Shown one piece after another: positions 16,757 to 26,652 of a DNA stretch of 32,880 nucleotides. The translations under genes and the position numbers were made by a program. The notes under the pieces are model-generated. The model ran no database searches, was not told the DNA's origin, and was given only the letters and a program-made list of their open reading frames with translations. The DNA lies in the IMG/VR virus record IMGVR_UViG_3300032290_000235, positions 1 to 32,880 of that record; one strand, written 5' to 3'. Within the stretch, counting starts at the first letter, position 1, and each line of letters opens with the position of its first letter. Source of the DNA: a virus. Taxonomy: Duplodnaviria; Caudoviricetes.

Positions 16757-16839
16757 TAACTTGTAATACAACGTTTGGTCATATGTGCTACGCCGTAAGG
16801 CATTCGGAAAACGACCCCTAGAATACAAAGGATATAAGC

Positions 16840-17616
16840 ATGGAAACTGCAGAAAATATGGCAGCTGCTTTTGAAGCAGATGCTGGAACGGCTCCAGTCG
16901 TAAATGTGTCGGGCGTTGACGCGCCGACTGTTACTACTACGGACAGCGTTAAGTCTAAGTTCTATACAGACGAGGATTTGGCAAAAGTTCGTTCTCAGGA
17001 GAAAGACAAGCTCTACCCTCAGATTGAAAGTCTGAAGGAAGAACTTAACTCTTTACGAAAAGAAAAAGAAGAAGAAGCAGCTCGTCGTAATGCAGAAGCG
17101 CAAGCAGAAGCAGAACGAGCAAAGGCAGAAGCATTGTCGGAACTAGATTCCAAGTCATATGCAGATGCTCGATTGTCAGAGTTGCAGGAGCAGTTGGAGC
17201 GTGAGCGTCAAGAACGCGAACGAGCCTTCGCTCTTCTGGAGCGCGAGAAGACCTATGCAGACCTTCAAGCTTATCGTCAGCAAGTTATTGAACAAGAACG
17301 TGACAACATCATTCCGCAGTTAGTGGATTTCATTCAGGGTAATACCCGTGAAGAACTCGCTGAAAGCGTAGAACGATTGAAGGAACGTTCAGCAAGTATT
17401 CTTGAATCTGCGCAGACTGCAATGCAGAACGCCAGAAAAGAAATGAAGGGAACGAGCATTTCTGCTCCTCCCGCTGGACCATTGGAAACTAATTCGGAGC
17501 AACGTTCGTTAACGCCTCAAGAAATTGCGGCAATGTCTATGAATGATTACGCAAAATATAGAGACCGACTCATGAGCGACGCTGCTCGTGGTAAGTCTCG
17601 CGGGCTGTTCGGTTAA
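16840..17616 (+). CDS. Capsid scaffolding protein
   Basis: Long Glu/Arg-rich coiled coil, FYTDEDL..VR..EK motif, C-terminal IAAMSMNDYAKYR helix, directly before the capsid gene. Confidence 0.8.
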   Translation: METAENMAAAFEADAGTAPVVNVSGVDAPTVTTTDSVKSKFYTDEDLAKVRSQEKDKLYPQIESLKEELNSLRKEKEEEAARRNAEAQAEAERAKAEALSELDSKSYADARLSELQEQLERERQERERAFALLEREKTYADLQAYRQQVIEQERDNIIPQLVDFIQGNTREELAESVERLKERSASILESAQTAMQNARKEMKGTSISAPPAGPLETNSEQRSLTPQEIAAMSMNDYAKYRDRLMSDAARGKSRGLFG

Positions 17617-17653
17617 GTCCCTAACCCAAAATCTAACAAGGAGTCATAGCTAA

Positions 17654-18724
17654 ATGGCATCAAGCATTACAGGTACTGGCAATCTTGCCGCGGCACCTAC
17701 CGCATACTCAGGTACCAACACACAGTTGACTCAAGCGATTCAGACTATTTGGTCAAAGGAAATTCTTTTCCAGGCCATGCCAATCCTTCGCTTTGAGCAG
17801 TTCGCAGTAAAGAAGACAGAGCTAGGTGTTGCTCCTGGTCTTCAGATTAACTTCATGCGTTACAACAACCTCGGCTTTGCTTCAAGCCTCGTCGAAGGTG
17901 TTCGTATGCAGACAAACGCGCTAACAGCACAGCAGTTCTCAATCACAGTATCAGAGCATGGTTATGCTCTTGCTGTTTCAGAGCTCTTGCTTAACGCATC
18001 ATTCGATGACGTAATGGCTTCAGCCTCACGTCTTCTTGGTCGTAACATGGCTATCTACCTAGACCAGCTATCACGCGACACACTATATGCAGCAACTTCA
18101 ACCATCTATGGTGAAGACCGCTCATCACTCTCAGCAGTTAACAACTGGTACGCAGATGGCACAAAGGGTACAACCCGTGCTTCTATGACTGGTGCATTTA
18201 ACTTGACACCTCACACTGTCAAGGATGCTGTTGAAACACTAGCAACCAAGAACATCCCTCGCCTCGGTGAGACATATGTTGCTTTCATTCACCCACACCA
18301 GAGCCGTAAGCTTCGTGACAATCCAGAATTCATTGAAGTCACAAAGTACGCAGCTCCAGGTAACTTCATGCTTGGTGAAATCGGACGCTTGTACGACACA
18401 GTATTCATTGAGACCACACAGGTTCTCAAGGTTGCTGGTGGTGCTGGTTCAGGTTACTCAGCTGATACAGCTGTTGCTAGCCCAGTAGTTGCTGCAGGTG
18501 GAGGTTACACAACTCCTGCAACATACACAGGTAATGGTGCATCTGACCGCTACTCAGCTATCTTCATTGGAGATAACGCATTCGGTCACGCAATCTCTCT
18601 ACCAGTCGAACTCCGCGATGGCGGTATTCTTGACTTCGGTCGTGAGCATGCACTTGCTTGGTACTCAATCTTCGGACTTGGTCTAATCACTGACCAGTCT
18701 GTTGTTATTGCAGAAACCAACTAA
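17654..18724 (+). CDS. Major capsid protein (HK97 fold, N4-gp56-like)
   Basis: 356 aa after the scaffold; YVAFIHPHQ..L and GEIG...VFIET motifs; strong SD and strong codon bias. Confidence 0.9.
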   Translation: MASSITGTGNLAAAPTAYSGTNTQLTQAIQTIWSKEILFQAMPILRFEQFAVKKTELGVAPGLQINFMRYNNLGFASSLVEGVRMQTNALTAQQFSITVSEHGYALAVSELLLNASFDDVMASASRLLGRNMAIYLDQLSRDTLYAATSTIYGEDRSSLSAVNNWYADGTKGTTRASMTGAFNLTPHTVKDAVETLATKNIPRLGETYVAFIHPHQSRKLRDNPEFIEVTKYAAPGNFMLGEIGRLYDTVFIETTQVLKVAGGAGSGYSADTAVASPVVAAGGGYTTPATYTGNGASDRYSAIFIGDNAFGHAISLPVELRDGGILDFGREHALAWYSIFGLGLITDQSVVIAETN

Positions 18725-18824
18725 TAACTTAATAGTGGTGGGGCGAGGTTAAGCACGGTCTGAAATAAGACCACACTCTCGCCCCATTACACCAACCCCA
18801 CTGTCACTAATTAGGAGAATATAA

Positions 18825-19187
18825 ATGGCTACAAAGAAGCCTACCGATGTAACTGGTCGTATGCGTGAGCAGCAACTAGAAGATAATTTAGAAGCGATGC
18901 AGGAACGTGCAAATGAGATGTCTATGGCATCTGCTACTGCAGCTGCAAAACTTGAAACAGAAGTAATTGATGCAACTAAGCCAGACCGTCAAACAGTAAT
19001 TGTTGACGAAGTCATCACTGTTGGCAAGGAAGAAGACTCAGTCGAAATCCGTGTCATTGAAAACATTGAGAATATGACTCTTGGCGCAGGCAACAACTAC
19101 AACTTCAAAGCTGGTCAGAAGTACAAAGTAACTCAGCAAGTAGCTCAGCACCTTAAGGAAAAAGGCTATTTAGCTGGAGTAATTTAA
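18825..19187 (+). CDS. Small post-capsid hypothetical protein
   Basis: AGGAG SD; C-terminal YNFKAGQKYKV....A.HL.EKGY module. Confidence 0.7.
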   Translation: MATKKPTDVTGRMREQQLEDNLEAMQERANEMSMASATAAAKLETEVIDATKPDRQTVIVDEVITVGKEEDSVEIRVIENIENMTLGAGNNYNFKAGQKYKVTQQVAQHLKEKGYLAGVI

Positions 19188-19202
19188 TAACAGTTACAAA
19201 CA

Positions 19203-19230
19203 GGGGGCGGGCTCTCGGGCCCGCTTTCTC
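19203..19230 (+). terminator. Intrinsic terminator-like hairpin
   Basis: GGGGCGGGC-tctcg-GCCCGCTTTC followed by tcgttt. Confidence 0.6.
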
Positions 19231-19298
19231 GTTTGTAGAGATTTTTCATTAAAAAACTGCGACTATGTGTAGGTAGTCTAAAAGGTGAGGAGTAATTC

Positions 19299-20363
19299 GT
19301 GGCCCTACTGGCAGACTTAGTCTCACGAGTGCGTCTAGAGCTAGGTGACGCTTCCAAGCAGTTTACTTACTCAGGAACTGGCGATGGCGTTACTAAAGCC
19401 TTCTATTTAAATACAAAGCCAGTTGAGCTTACCAATCTATACATTACTGTTAACGGAGTAGCTAAAGCCTACCCAACAGATTACAGCCTTGAAGGCGACC
19501 AAGGCATTATTCATTTTACTTCAGCTCCAGGCAATAACACTGCTATCAAGGTTGAAGGAACAGCTAATCGTTATTTCTTAGATGATGACATTTGTGGATT
19601 TGTTAACACTGCGGTAACTCAGCACACATATAACCGTACGGATGCCTATGGCAGTGCGGTGACAATCGCATCGATTCCTGCGGTTGAAGAGTACCCAGTC
19701 GCCATCCTAGCTACTATAGAAGCGCTTTGGGCGCTCGCTACGGATGCTGCGTTTGACATCAATATCACTGCGCCTGACGGGGTAGTAATTCCCCGCGCTC
19801 AGCGATATACACAGTTGACTGGGATTATCTCCCAGCGTTGGGACCAGTATAAGCAACTGTGTTCTGCACTTAACATTGGTTTGTGGCGGCTTGAGATGGG
19901 CACACTTCGCCGTGTCTCGCGCACTACCAATAAGCTCGTACCTGTTTACATGGCTCAAGAGATTGATGATGCTAGAAAGCCAGAGCGCGTATACATTTCA
20001 AACGACCTAAATGGTCGTAGCCCTATGCCAACTACAGCTCAAAACTACGACATTATTTTGTATCAGGGTGACTCATATGAAGTTGAGTTTGATTTCCCAT
20101 TTGATACTACAGCTTTAACCTTTAAGGCGCAGGTACGCACCTATCCAAATGCACCATCACTATACGCATCATTTACGGTAACTACTATCTCTACCTCATC
20201 TACATTGAGTAAGATTAAGCTATCGCTTACAAGTAGTGCTACAAAATATATGCCTGTACGTGCATTCTGGGATTTACAGGCCACTGCTGCGTCTGACCCT
20301 GACTATCAAATGACTTACATTAAAGGTCAGGTGTTTACGACACAGCAGGTGACCGTTGACTAA
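19299..20363 (+). CDS. Head-tail adaptor/neck-like virion protein with inserted and C-terminal beta domains
   Basis: L..RVRLELGD...FLDDDI..F adaptor-like helices, an inserted GDGVTK.F.L beta module, and a C-terminal LYQGD..E.EF...AQVR...WDLQ domain. Confidence 0.6.
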   Translation: MALLADLVSRVRLELGDASKQFTYSGTGDGVTKAFYLNTKPVELTNLYITVNGVAKAYPTDYSLEGDQGIIHFTSAPGNNTAIKVEGTANRYFLDDDICGFVNTAVTQHTYNRTDAYGSAVTIASIPAVEEYPVAILATIEALWALATDAAFDINITAPDGVVIPRAQRYTQLTGIISQRWDQYKQLCSALNIGLWRLEMGTLRRVSRTTNKLVPVYMAQEIDDARKPERVYISNDLNGRSPMPTTAQNYDIILYQGDSYEVEFDFPFDTTALTFKAQVRTYPNAPSLYASFTVTTISTSSTLSKIKLSLTSSATKYMPVRAFWDLQATAASDPDYQMTYIKGQVFTTQQVTVD

Positions 20364-23300
20364 TTGCGTAATCTGCGGTAGCCCTAGCTGTACCTGTTCT
20401 GCTCAGGGTATTTCAGTTGTCCCTAGACAACCGATTGTTATTAAGGTTAATTCACCTTCTGTTCAATCCGTACAAGAAACTAACATAACGGTTAACCCTG
20501 CCCTGCAAGGACATGTTGGTTCACAAGGTCCACAGGGTCTTCAAGGTGGCGGTTTTAACCAAGCACAGGGTACGCAGGGATTACAAGGCCCTCTTGGTAT
20601 TCAAGGTAACCAAGGTCTACAAGGCGCCGCAATTCAAGGCGTACAAGGGCCGTCTGGTCAACAAGGTATGCAAGGCCTTACAGGAACACAAGGTCTATTA
20701 GGTAATCAAGGTGTTCAAGGTCGTCAAGGTTTACAAGGACCCAGCGTTCAAGGTGTACAAGGTATACAGGGTTTACTTGGTGTACAAGGGCAAGTTGGTC
20801 AGCAAGGTATTGCTGGAGCTGCCGCTGCGCAGGGTATGCAGGGTGCAAGCATACAAGGTGCTGCAGGTATTGCAGGTGCACAAGGCTTACAAGGTACAAG
20901 TGGTGGAGACGGTGTACAAGGACGCACTGGTACACAAGGTGCGCAAGGCTTTAACGGTGTTCAAGGTTTCTATGGTTTCCAAGGCGTACAAGGTTTTGAT
21001 GGCGCACAAGGACTTAAAGGCGATAAAGGTGATTTAGGTTTACAAGGATTCACTGGACGTCAAGGTATTCAAGGTGTCAGCGGTATCAGTATCCAAGGTC
21101 CACAAGGAGCTGGTGCACAAGGTACTCAAGGTACAACAGGTTTCCAAGGTATCCAAGGAACTATTGCTGCGCAAGGAACACAAGGTGTTCAGGGCGTACA
21201 AGGTAACCAAGGAACTACTGGTATCCAAGGTACGCAGGGCGTACAAGGTTTGCAAGGGCTACAAGGTGGCCAAGGAGTGCAAGGAGTACAAGGTACTCAA
21301 GGTTTGCAGGGCACACAAGGTCTACTTGGTTTCCAAGGTATTCAAGGTTTTGGTTACGCACAACTTCAAGGTATTCAAGGTTCAGTTGGTTCTGGCGTTA
21401 CTATCCTTGGTGGTTACGCAACCTATGCAGAGTTAGTAGCAGCGCATCCAACAGGAAATACTGGAGATGCTTATCTTATTGGCGGAGCTGACCTATATGT
21501 TTGGAACGGTTCTCTCTGGCTTAACGTTGGAAACATTAAGGGTCCTCAAGGGACTCAGGGTATTCAAGGGCTGCAGGGGGCGCAAGGTACTCAAGGTCTT
21601 CTTGGTTTGCAAGGAGCGCAAGGCACTCAAGGTTTACTTGGCTTACAAGGTTTAACTGGTTCACAAGGCGTACAAGGTACTAAAGGTGACACTGGTACAT
21701 TTGGTGGAGAAACCTTTGAATACAACTATCTAACTGATACTACTGCTACAGACCCAACTACAGGAAATGTAAAGTTTGATAGCACTACTTTTGCATCTGT
21801 AACTAAATTATACATTGATGATATTGACGCTCTAGCTGTTGACATCTCACAGTTCCTTGAAACTATTGATGACTCAACATCAGGCATCAAGGGAACAATT
21901 AAAGTAACTGATGTTCTTAATCCTAATAACTATGCGTTCTTCCAGATTGTTGGTTTACATACCGATAATGGAACTTGGTACAACGTACCTATTGCATATG
22001 TCTCTGGCTCTTTAACACTTTCTAATAATGCCAACGTCTATATGACGTTTGCGCGTGTTGGTGATAAAGGTGATACGGGTGCACAAGGTGCTATCGGTAT
22101 CCAAGGCTTTACTGGGATTCAGGGTACACAGGGTTTAATTGGTAACCAAGGTTTGCAGGGCCCTAATGCCGCAATTAGTTTTGGACCAATACCTCCTAAT
22201 TCACCATTAGTTGGAGACCGTTGGGTCGACTCAACATCAGGTTCTGAATACACATGGTTCTCTGACGGCAATTCTTATCAGTGGGTAGAAGTATCTGCTT
22301 CAGGTTTTAGTGGTGCTGCGGGTCTTCAAGGTACTCAAGGACCTATTGGCGCTGGGTCACAAGGTATTCAAGGTTCTGATGGACCTATTGGTTTGCAAGG
22401 TATGCCTGGACCTTATGGACCGCAAGGTGTTCAAGGAAGTAGTGGTGGCTCTGGTGTACAAGGTGCGGTAGGTGCGCAAGGTACACAAGGTATCATCGGT
22501 TTACAAGGTCCACAGGCATTTGTAACTTTTGGCGCAACACCGCCAGTATCCCCTGCAGTTGGTGACCGATGGATTGATTCTAATTCAGGTTCTGAATTTA
22601 CTTGGACATACGATGGCAATACTTACCAATGGGTTGAACTCTCTGCATCTGGTTATTCAGGTGTGCAAGGTCCAGCTGGTGCGCAAGGTATTGGAACACA
22701 AGGTGTTCAAGGTATAGCTGGAGCAGCTGCGGCTCAAGGTCTTCAAGGTCTTCAAGGTTTTCTTGGTACACAAGGTGTACAAGGTATTACTGGCGTCGGT
22801 ACTCAAGGAGCCACTGGTGTACAAGGTATTGATGGATTACAAGGTGTGCAAGGCCTTCAAGGTACACAAGGCGTACAGGGTCCATCTATCCCAGTTACAT
22901 TTTCTGCAACACCACCAAGTAGCCCAAGTATTAATGACCGCTGGGTAGATTCAAATAGTGGTTCTGAATATACATGGATTTATGATGGTAATAATTATGC
23001 GTGGGTAGAACTCTCCGCATCTGGTTATTCAGGCTCTGCGGGTGCTCAAGGTATCGCTGGCGCTCCTGGTTCTCAGGGTGTTCAAGGTATTGCAGGTCAA
23101 GTTGCTGCGCAAGGTCTTCAGGGTCTACAAGGTTTCTTGGGTACTCAAGGTACTCAAGGCTTAACTGGCGCTGGGGCAGACGGTGCTCAAGGTTTAACTG
23201 GTATTCAAGGTCAAGCTGGTCTACAAGGTATCCAGGGTGGACAAGGTATTCAAGGACCTTCTATCCCTGTTACCTTCTCTGCAACACCTCCACTTAATCC

Positions 23301-26300
23301 AAGTACAAATGACATCTGGGTTGATAGCAATTCTGGTTCTGAGTACACATACATTTATGATGGAAATACTTATCAGTGGGTTGAATTATCTGCTTCTGGT
23401 TTCTCTGGAACACAGGGTATTCAAGGTACGACTGGCGCTGGAGCTCAAGGCTCATCAGGTGCGCAGGGCATAACAGGTCTACAAGGTTTAACTGGTGCAC
23501 AGGGTTTAACTGGCGCTGGTACTCAAGGTATTCAGGGCCCTGCAGGTAGCGGTGGCTCAGGTGGCGGTTTCTATGAAGGCGTAACACCTCCAGTATCTCC
23601 TGTATTAGGAGACCGTTGGTGGGATACAGCTAATGGAGTTGAGTACACATACGTTAACGATGCTGATACATATCAATGGGTTCAACTTATTAGCGGTGGT
23701 GTACAAGGTCTTCAAGGAACTGCTGGTGCACAGGGAACTGCAGGAACCATTGGTATTGATGGCGTACAGGGCGCAGCTGGTGCACAAGGATTAACTGGTT
23801 TACAGGGTGCAGTTGGTGCACAGGGTATTCAGGGCGCAAGCATTCAAGGTGTTCAAGGAACTAATGCTGGAATTGTTTTTGATGTTGTACCTCCTACATC
23901 TCCAGCAATTGGTGACCGTTGGGTAGATGCTAATAGCGGTATTGAATACACATGGATTAATGACGGTAATAACTCAACATGGGTTGAAGTTAGCGCGTCT
24001 GGATTTAGCGGTGTACAAGGCCCCGCTGGTCCACTTGGTTCTCAAGGTGTGCAAGGTATTGCGGGTGCAGCAGCAGCTCAAGGCTTTGCTGGTTCACAAG
24101 GTGTTCAGGGTTTCATCGGTACACAAGGTCTAGTTGGTGCACAAGGCACTGACGGCGTACAAGGTGTACAAGGTTTGCTCGGTACACAGGGTGCAACTGG
24201 AGCAGGCACACAAGGTGTGCAGGGTTTACAAGGACCTAATGCAGCCATTACATTTGATGTAACACCTCCGTCATCTCCATTACTTGGTGATAGATGGGTA
24301 GATGCAAACTCAGGCTCTGAGTACACATGGATTTACGACGGAAACAATTACGCATGGGTTGAAGTTAGTGCGTCAGGTTTTGCTGGTTACGGTATTCAAG
24401 GAGCCGCAGGTGCTACAGGTGCACAAGGTTTAGCAGGAGCCGCAGCAGCACAAGGCTTTGCAGGAGCTCAGGGTCTACAAGGATTTATTGGTGCACAGGG
24501 CTTACAAGGTCTTACAGGTAATGATGGAGTTGCTGGAGCTCAAGGTACGCAAGGTATCCAAGGCATAGGTGCTCAAGGTATCCAAGGTGCTCAAGGTTTA
24601 CAAGGCCCTTCTATTCCAGTTACCTTTGGAACAACCCCACCATCATCTCCAAGTCTTAACGACCGTTGGGTAGATAGCAACTCTGGTGTTGAGTACACAT
24701 GGATATCAGATGGCAATACAAATCAATGGGTAGAACTTTCTGCTTCAGGCTTTAGTGGTATTCAAGGACCTGCTGGACCTGCTGGTACTTCGGGGGCGCA
24801 AGGTATTGCAGGCGCTGCTGCTGCTCAAGGTTTTGCTGGTGCACAAGGTCTACAAGGTTTTGTAGGAACTCAAGGTATACAGGGAACCGATGGGGCAGTT
24901 GGCTCACAAGGTATTCAAGGTAATCTTGGTTTGCAGGGTGTTGTTGGTGCGCAGGGTGTTCAAGGAACACAAGGTTTGCAAGGGCCAAACGCCGCTATTA
25001 CATTTGATGTTATCCCGCCATCATCCCCTCTTATTGGAGACCGTTGGGTTGATGCTAACTCTGGCTCTGAATATACCTGGATTTATGACGGCAATAATTA
25101 CGCTTGGGTAGAAGTTTCTGCCTCTGGTTTTGCTGGCTATGGAATTCAAGGAGCAGCTGGTGCGCCAGGTGCACAGGGTCTTGCTGGTGCTGCCGCTGCT
25201 CAGGGTTTTGCTGGAGCGCAAGGAGTACAAGGATTTAACGGTACACAGGGGCTACAAGGTTTAGTTGGCCCTGTTGGTCCGCAAGGAGTTCAAGGAACAT
25301 CGGGCGCACAAGGTATTGACGGTGTACAAGGTCTTCTTGGCTCTCAAGGTATTCAAGGGCCTAACTCTGCAATTGCATTTGGTGTTATCCCACCAATAAG
25401 TCCATTGATTGGTGACCGCTGGGTTGATAGCAATTCAGGTATTGAATATACCTACATCTATGATGGTAACAACTACACATGGGTAGAAGTTTCTGCATCA
25501 GGTTTTTCTGGTGTACAAGGTATTCAGGGAACAATTGGTAACCCTGGAGTTCAAGGTTCAACGGGCTCACAAGGTGCCTCTGGTGCGCAAGGTGCGTCAG
25601 GATTGCAAGGCTTCTTTGGTACACAGGGCGTACAAGGAACAACTGGTGTTGGTACTCAAGGTACACAAGGTATTCAAGGCGAATCTATTCAAGGTGCAAC
25701 TGGTGTTGGAGCGCAGGGTACGCAAGGTATTCAAGGACCAAATGCTGCAATAACATTTAATGTAACTCCTCCAGTTTCCCCATTATTAGGGGACCGATGG
25801 ACTGATGCTGAAACTGGTGTTGGTTACACATGGACCTATGATGGAAACAACTATGCGTGGGTGGAGCTATCAGCTTCTGGTTTTGCTGGTGTTCAAGGTA
25901 TCCAAGGTATTCAAGGACCAAGTGCAGTTGGTACACAGGGACTAACTGGTATTCAAGGAGCCGTTGGTTTACAAGGAATTCAAGGATTAGTTGGCGACAC
26001 TGGAGCTCTTGGCCCAGTTGGTACACAGGGTCTGCAAGGATTGCAGGGCGGTGGATTCAATCAGGCACAGGGAACTCAAGGTATCCAAGGTCCAAATGGT
26101 CCAACAGGTATTCAAGGTCTTGACGGTATTCAAGGTCCATATGGCCCTGTTGGTTTGCAAGGAAACACTGGAGCTCAAGGTACACAAGGAACTCAGGGAA
26201 CATACCCAACAACTACAGGCGTAACCTTCTCCAACACAAACTTTACTGGAACCACTACAGTTGCCCAGCTTATTGAATCTGCTTCTATTAACCAGTCTGC

Positions 26301-26652
26301 GCTTAACGGCGTTCTTAACTATTACATTAAATCATTCACTGCTGTTACTTTATTTGCAGCCACTACTACAGGTAACTTTACATTCAACGTATCGGCAGAC
26401 GGTGCTCAGACTTTAGATAGCTACATGGCAGTGGGACAATCTGTAACGGTCACCATGCTTACTACCCAAGGAGCTACTGCTTATTACCAAACAGCATTCC
26501 AAATTGATGGTGTGAGTGTTACTCCTAAATGGCAAAATGGAGCGGCGCCATCTGCGGGTAATGCTAACTCTCTTGACATCTACACTTATACAATTATTAA
26601 AACAGCAACTAGCACTTGGACTGTTATAGCAAGTAGAACAAGGTACGCCTAA
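20356..26652 (+). CDS. Giant Gly-X-Gln collagen-like fibre protein with 11 repeated knob domains
   Basis: Hundreds of G-X-Q triplets interspersed with PP.SP..GDRWVD..SG.EYTW..DGN...WVE.SASG repeats; beta-rich C-terminal domain. Confidence 0.9.
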   Translation: MTNCVICGSPSCTCSAQGISVVPRQPIVIKVNSPSVQSVQETNITVNPALQGHVGSQGPQGLQGGGFNQAQGTQGLQGPLGIQGNQGLQGAAIQGVQGPSGQQGMQGLTGTQGLLGNQGVQGRQGLQGPSVQGVQGIQGLLGVQGQVGQQGIAGAAAAQGMQGASIQGAAGIAGAQGLQGTSGGDGVQGRTGTQGAQGFNGVQGFYGFQGVQGFDGAQGLKGDKGDLGLQGFTGRQGIQGVSGISIQGPQGAGAQGTQGTTGFQGIQGTIAAQGTQGVQGVQGNQGTTGIQGTQGVQGLQGLQGGQGVQGVQGTQGLQGTQGLLGFQGIQGFGYAQLQGIQGSVGSGVTILGGYATYAELVAAHPTGNTGDAYLIGGADLYVWNGSLWLNVGNIKGPQGTQGIQGLQGAQGTQGLLGLQGAQGTQGLLGLQGLTGSQGVQGTKGDTGTFGGETFEYNYLTDTTATDPTTGNVKFDSTTFASVTKLYIDDIDALAVDISQFLETIDDSTSGIKGTIKVTDVLNPNNYAFFQIVGLHTDNGTWYNVPIAYVSGSLTLSNNANVYMTFARVGDKGDTGAQGAIGIQGFTGIQGTQGLIGNQGLQGPNAAISFGPIPPNSPLVGDRWVDSTSGSEYTWFSDGNSYQWVEVSASGFSGAAGLQGTQGPIGAGSQGIQGSDGPIGLQGMPGPYGPQGVQGSSGGSGVQGAVGAQGTQGIIGLQGPQAFVTFGATPPVSPAVGDRWIDSNSGSEFTWTYDGNTYQWVELSASGYSGVQGPAGAQGIGTQGVQGIAGAAAAQGLQGLQGFLGTQGVQGITGVGTQGATGVQGIDGLQGVQGLQGTQGVQGPSIPVTFSATPPSSPSINDRWVDSNSGSEYTWIYDGNNYAWVELSASGYSGSAGAQGIAGAPGSQGVQGIAGQVAAQGLQGLQGFLGTQGTQGLTGAGADGAQGLTGIQGQAGLQGIQGGQGIQGPSIPVTFSATPPLNPSTNDIWVDSNSGSEYTYIYDGNTYQWVELSASGFSGTQGIQGTTGAGAQGSSGAQGITGLQGLTGAQGLTGAGTQGIQGPAGSGGSGGGFYEGVTPPVSPVLGDRWWDTANGVEYTYVNDADTYQWVQLISGGVQGLQGTAGAQGTAGTIGIDGVQGAAGAQGLTGLQGAVGAQGIQGASIQGVQGTNAGIVFDVVPPTSPAIGDRWVDANSGIEYTWINDGNNSTWVEVSASGFSGVQGPAGPLGSQGVQGIAGAAAAQGFAGSQGVQGFIGTQGLVGAQGTDGVQGVQGLLGTQGATGAGTQGVQGLQGPNAAITFDVTPPSSPLLGDRWVDANSGSEYTWIYDGNNYAWVEVSASGFAGYGIQGAAGATGAQGLAGAAAAQGFAGAQGLQGFIGAQGLQGLTGNDGVAGAQGTQGIQGIGAQGIQGAQGLQGPSIPVTFGTTPPSSPSLNDRWVDSNSGVEYTWISDGNTNQWVELSASGFSGIQGPAGPAGTSGAQGIAGAAAAQGFAGAQGLQGFVGTQGIQGTDGAVGSQGIQGNLGLQGVVGAQGVQGTQGLQGPNAAITFDVIPPSSPLIGDRWVDANSGSEYTWIYDGNNYAWVEVSASGFAGYGIQGAAGAPGAQGLAGAAAAQGFAGAQGVQGFNGTQGLQGLVGPVGPQGVQGTSGAQGIDGVQGLLGSQGIQGPNSAIAFGVIPPISPLIGDRWVDSNSGIEYTYIYDGNNYTWVEVSASGFSGVQGIQGTIGNPGVQGSTGSQGASGAQGASGLQGFFGTQGVQGTTGVGTQGTQGIQGESIQGATGVGAQGTQGIQGPNAAITFNVTPPVSPLLGDRWTDAETGVGYTWTYDGNNYAWVELSASGFAGVQGIQGIQGPSAVGTQGLTGIQGAVGLQGIQGLVGDTGALGPVGTQGLQGLQGGGFNQAQGTQGIQGPNGPTGIQGLDGIQGPYGPVGLQGNTGAQGTQGTQGTYPTTTGVTFSNTNFTGTTTVAQLIESASINQSALNGVLNYYIKSFTAVTLFAATTTGNFTFNVSADGAQTLDSYMAVGQSVTVTMLTTQGATAYYQTAFQIDGVSVTPKWQNGAAPSAGNANSLDIYTYTIIKTATSTWTVIASRTRYA
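22160..25890 (+). repeat. 11 knob-plus-collagen modules, mostly at about 375-nt period
   Basis: Knob starts near 22160, 22510, 22880, 23256, 23565, 23860, 24235, 24606, 24985, 25360 and 25738. Confidence 0.9.

Noticed and set aside
22160-25890. CRISPR array or DGR template/variable repeat
   Set aside because: The repeats are in-frame coding units with synonymous divergence, not adenine-specific differences. No reverse transcriptase or cas gene is present.
20513-26224. Many alternative-frame and antisense ORFs (VFKV/HKV-rich) within the collagen gene
   Set aside because: These are shadows of the caaggt repeat, with no SD or coherent domains.
20356-26652. The collagen as the main prolyl hydroxylase substrate
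   Set aside because: Pro is rare and mostly in the X position (G-P-Q, G-P-A), not the X-Pro-Gly context used by collagen P4H.
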